A stretch of DNA of 64,000 nucleotides from Tubulanus polymorphus (lineage: Eukaryota; Animalia; Nemertea): NCBI RefSeq assembly GCF_964204645.1, contig NC_134033.1, positions 1,260,131 through 1,324,130 of the forward strand, in the 5' to 3' direction. Below the pieces are notes generated by a model, which made no database searches, had not been told where the DNA came from, and saw only the letters and a program-made list of their open reading frames with translations. Positions 62,021-64,000 of this stretch are shown here, in pieces; position 1 is the stretch's first letter, and every line of letters begins with the position of its first letter. The position numbers were made by a program, and so were the translations under genes.

Positions 62021-64000
62021 CTACGGTTACATATGGCCCCGAGACCCACAGTAAGTGGGGAACCTATATTCTTACAATGAATCCAGCTCTCTTAAACCTG
62101 AGTTGTTTAGGTTTGATTTCCTCTCAGGAACCACTTATACAGTTTGGGGCTCAAAATAAAACTCATTTGGACGAGAAAAAAAAACAAACATTACAAACGC
62201 TTTATTTCCGATATGTTTGTACTGCAATGATCTCAAATCCGCGACTGGCGGTAAATTTCAAAATTCGATTGTGAAATCGAAATTTAAACAGACGCAAATG
62301 TGCACAGTTTTTTCTTTATCGACGAAAAGTTTCCAAATGTTTATAGATTCCTGTCGATTGATTTTCATTGACATTTTGCAGATAGTGAGTTAGAAAATAC
62401 CGCAGGGTATGATGCGTTACGAACACCGCCATAGTGTCTGTCTCCTTACATAGGGCGCCGTGTTATCTGTGATGTTGTATTGAAGTTATTTATGCCTTGA
62501 TGATTGGGGAAAATTCATAAATCAAGGACTTTTCAACTTCAAACTTCCAAAATTCTTTCCTCTGCCCCAGCCTCTGTCTACTGTCTCTGTTTCTATCTCT
62601 ACCTCTGCCTCTTGTTCTGCCTCCGCCTCTGCCTCTGACCCTACCTCCGTCTCTGTCCCTACATCTACCTCTGCCTCTGTTTCAGCCTCTGTCTCTCCCT
62701 CTCCCCCTGACCCTACCTCTGTTTCTGCCCTTGCCTCTGTCTCTACCTCTGTCTCTGTTTCTGACTCTGTCTCTCCCTCTCCCCCTGACCCTGCCTCTGT
62801 TTCTGCCCTTGCCTCTGTCTCTGTCTCTACCTCTGTCTCTGTTTCTGACTCTGTCTCTCCCTCTGTCTCTGTTTCTGACTCTGTCTCTCCCTCTCCCCCT
62901 GACCCTGCCTCTGTTTCTGCCCTTGCCTCTGCCTCTGCCTCTGTTTCTGCCTCTGTCTCTCCCTCTCCCCCTGACCCTGCCTCTGTTTCTGCCTCTTCCC
63001 ATTTGCTTTCGACATTGTTTCAAATAAATAACATCTTCAAAGATTGTGATGAAGAGTTGACGTGTATATAGCGATCTGAGACTGTGACACTCAGACGCAT
63101 CGAATCCAGTGATATATAGTAGTACATTGTAGGCTACAATTCAATCACTGTTAATCAACTGATTTAAGTTGATTGCGTAGTTGTTGAGTGTGGAACGTTT
63201 AATAATGTTTGTGGAGTGTTTAGCGGGTTAGACGACAATCTCGCCCGAGGGAGGCGGGAGAGGACAGCGGGAAGAAAGACGGGTTATCAAAGTTCAGCTC
63301 GAGCCTCACGTTTCTAAAAGGGTCGCTTGATGAATTCGATGTTCTCGAATCTCTCATTCGTTCAATGAATATTCTTGTCACTTTTCGTGACTCAGAAAAC
63401 AGACACAGTGTAACACGTGAGTAAACTTCGAGTTAGAATTATTTACCTGGTGAAAGGGAACGAAATAATCGTTTCGCGGGAACGAAACGCTTTTCGTGGG
63501 ATTCATAATCTTTTCGTTGGATGGACTACGAAATGTTCCCCCGAAAATAAAAAATCGATGTATTCTTTCACCATGTCATCGCCGTACATTTCAACACGAC
63601 CGGACTGTGGACTTGGATCCAGGATTATAGACTATAGTTCCTTAAACTTTTCCATTCTTTTATTATTTGTAGTTTGAAAAATGAACTGGATTTAGAGCTA
63701 TAATTCGCAACTTTGGAGCGTCGTCTAATCTTGCGCGTCTTCGATCTAAAATCTAAAAACTTAAAACACGTATGAAAATATGGAAAATATCCCTAGAGGA
63801 GTCAGTTTGAAGTTTTTTTTTCGAATTTAGAGTCGCCTTAAGCAGCCGTTTTCTACGATCGTCGCAGACGATGGGAAAGAAACGGTTTTGACTTTCAAAC
63901 GTATGGGGAGACTTTTAAAATCGCGTGTTCAGTCAGTCAGTGCCGGTATTTGAAATGTATCGTCGTCGTCGTCGTCGTCGTTGTATCCCCGGGCGACGAT

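Overview
Eukaryotic (invertebrate animal, probably spiralian/lophotrochozoan; inferred from gene families, not provable here) repeat-rich genomic window. Supported protein genes: an intronless peptide/FMRFamide-receptor-like class A GPCR (219-1316,+); a small secreted Lys/Ser-rich peptide gene (2456-2178,-) just downstream of a solo LTR; a 3-coding-exon MS4A/CD20-like tetraspan membrane protein (15681-14039,-); and the first coding exon of a neuroligin-family gene (31141-31594,+) whose next intron apparently runs past the window end. Most other ORFs in the track are artefacts of microsatellites/minisatellites. The most striking element is a 69-bp tandem satellite (12785-13440 and 18361-19877, about 31 units) in which every unit is a minimal type-I hammerhead ribozyme (CUGAAGA-U-stem II-GAAAC-GUU with 5-bp stem I and palindromic dimer stem III), with a Penelope-like inverted copy at the left end; two further hammerhead motif families occur at 26799-26845 and 29469-29593. 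Also notable: a candidate spliced, hairpin- and repeat-rich lncRNA locus (about 6480-11360), tandem CTCF-like motif clusters (one divergent pair), many Harbinger/hAT/TTAA MITEs whose ends seeded minisatellites, tRNA-derived SINEs, and several fold-back/palindromic repeats.
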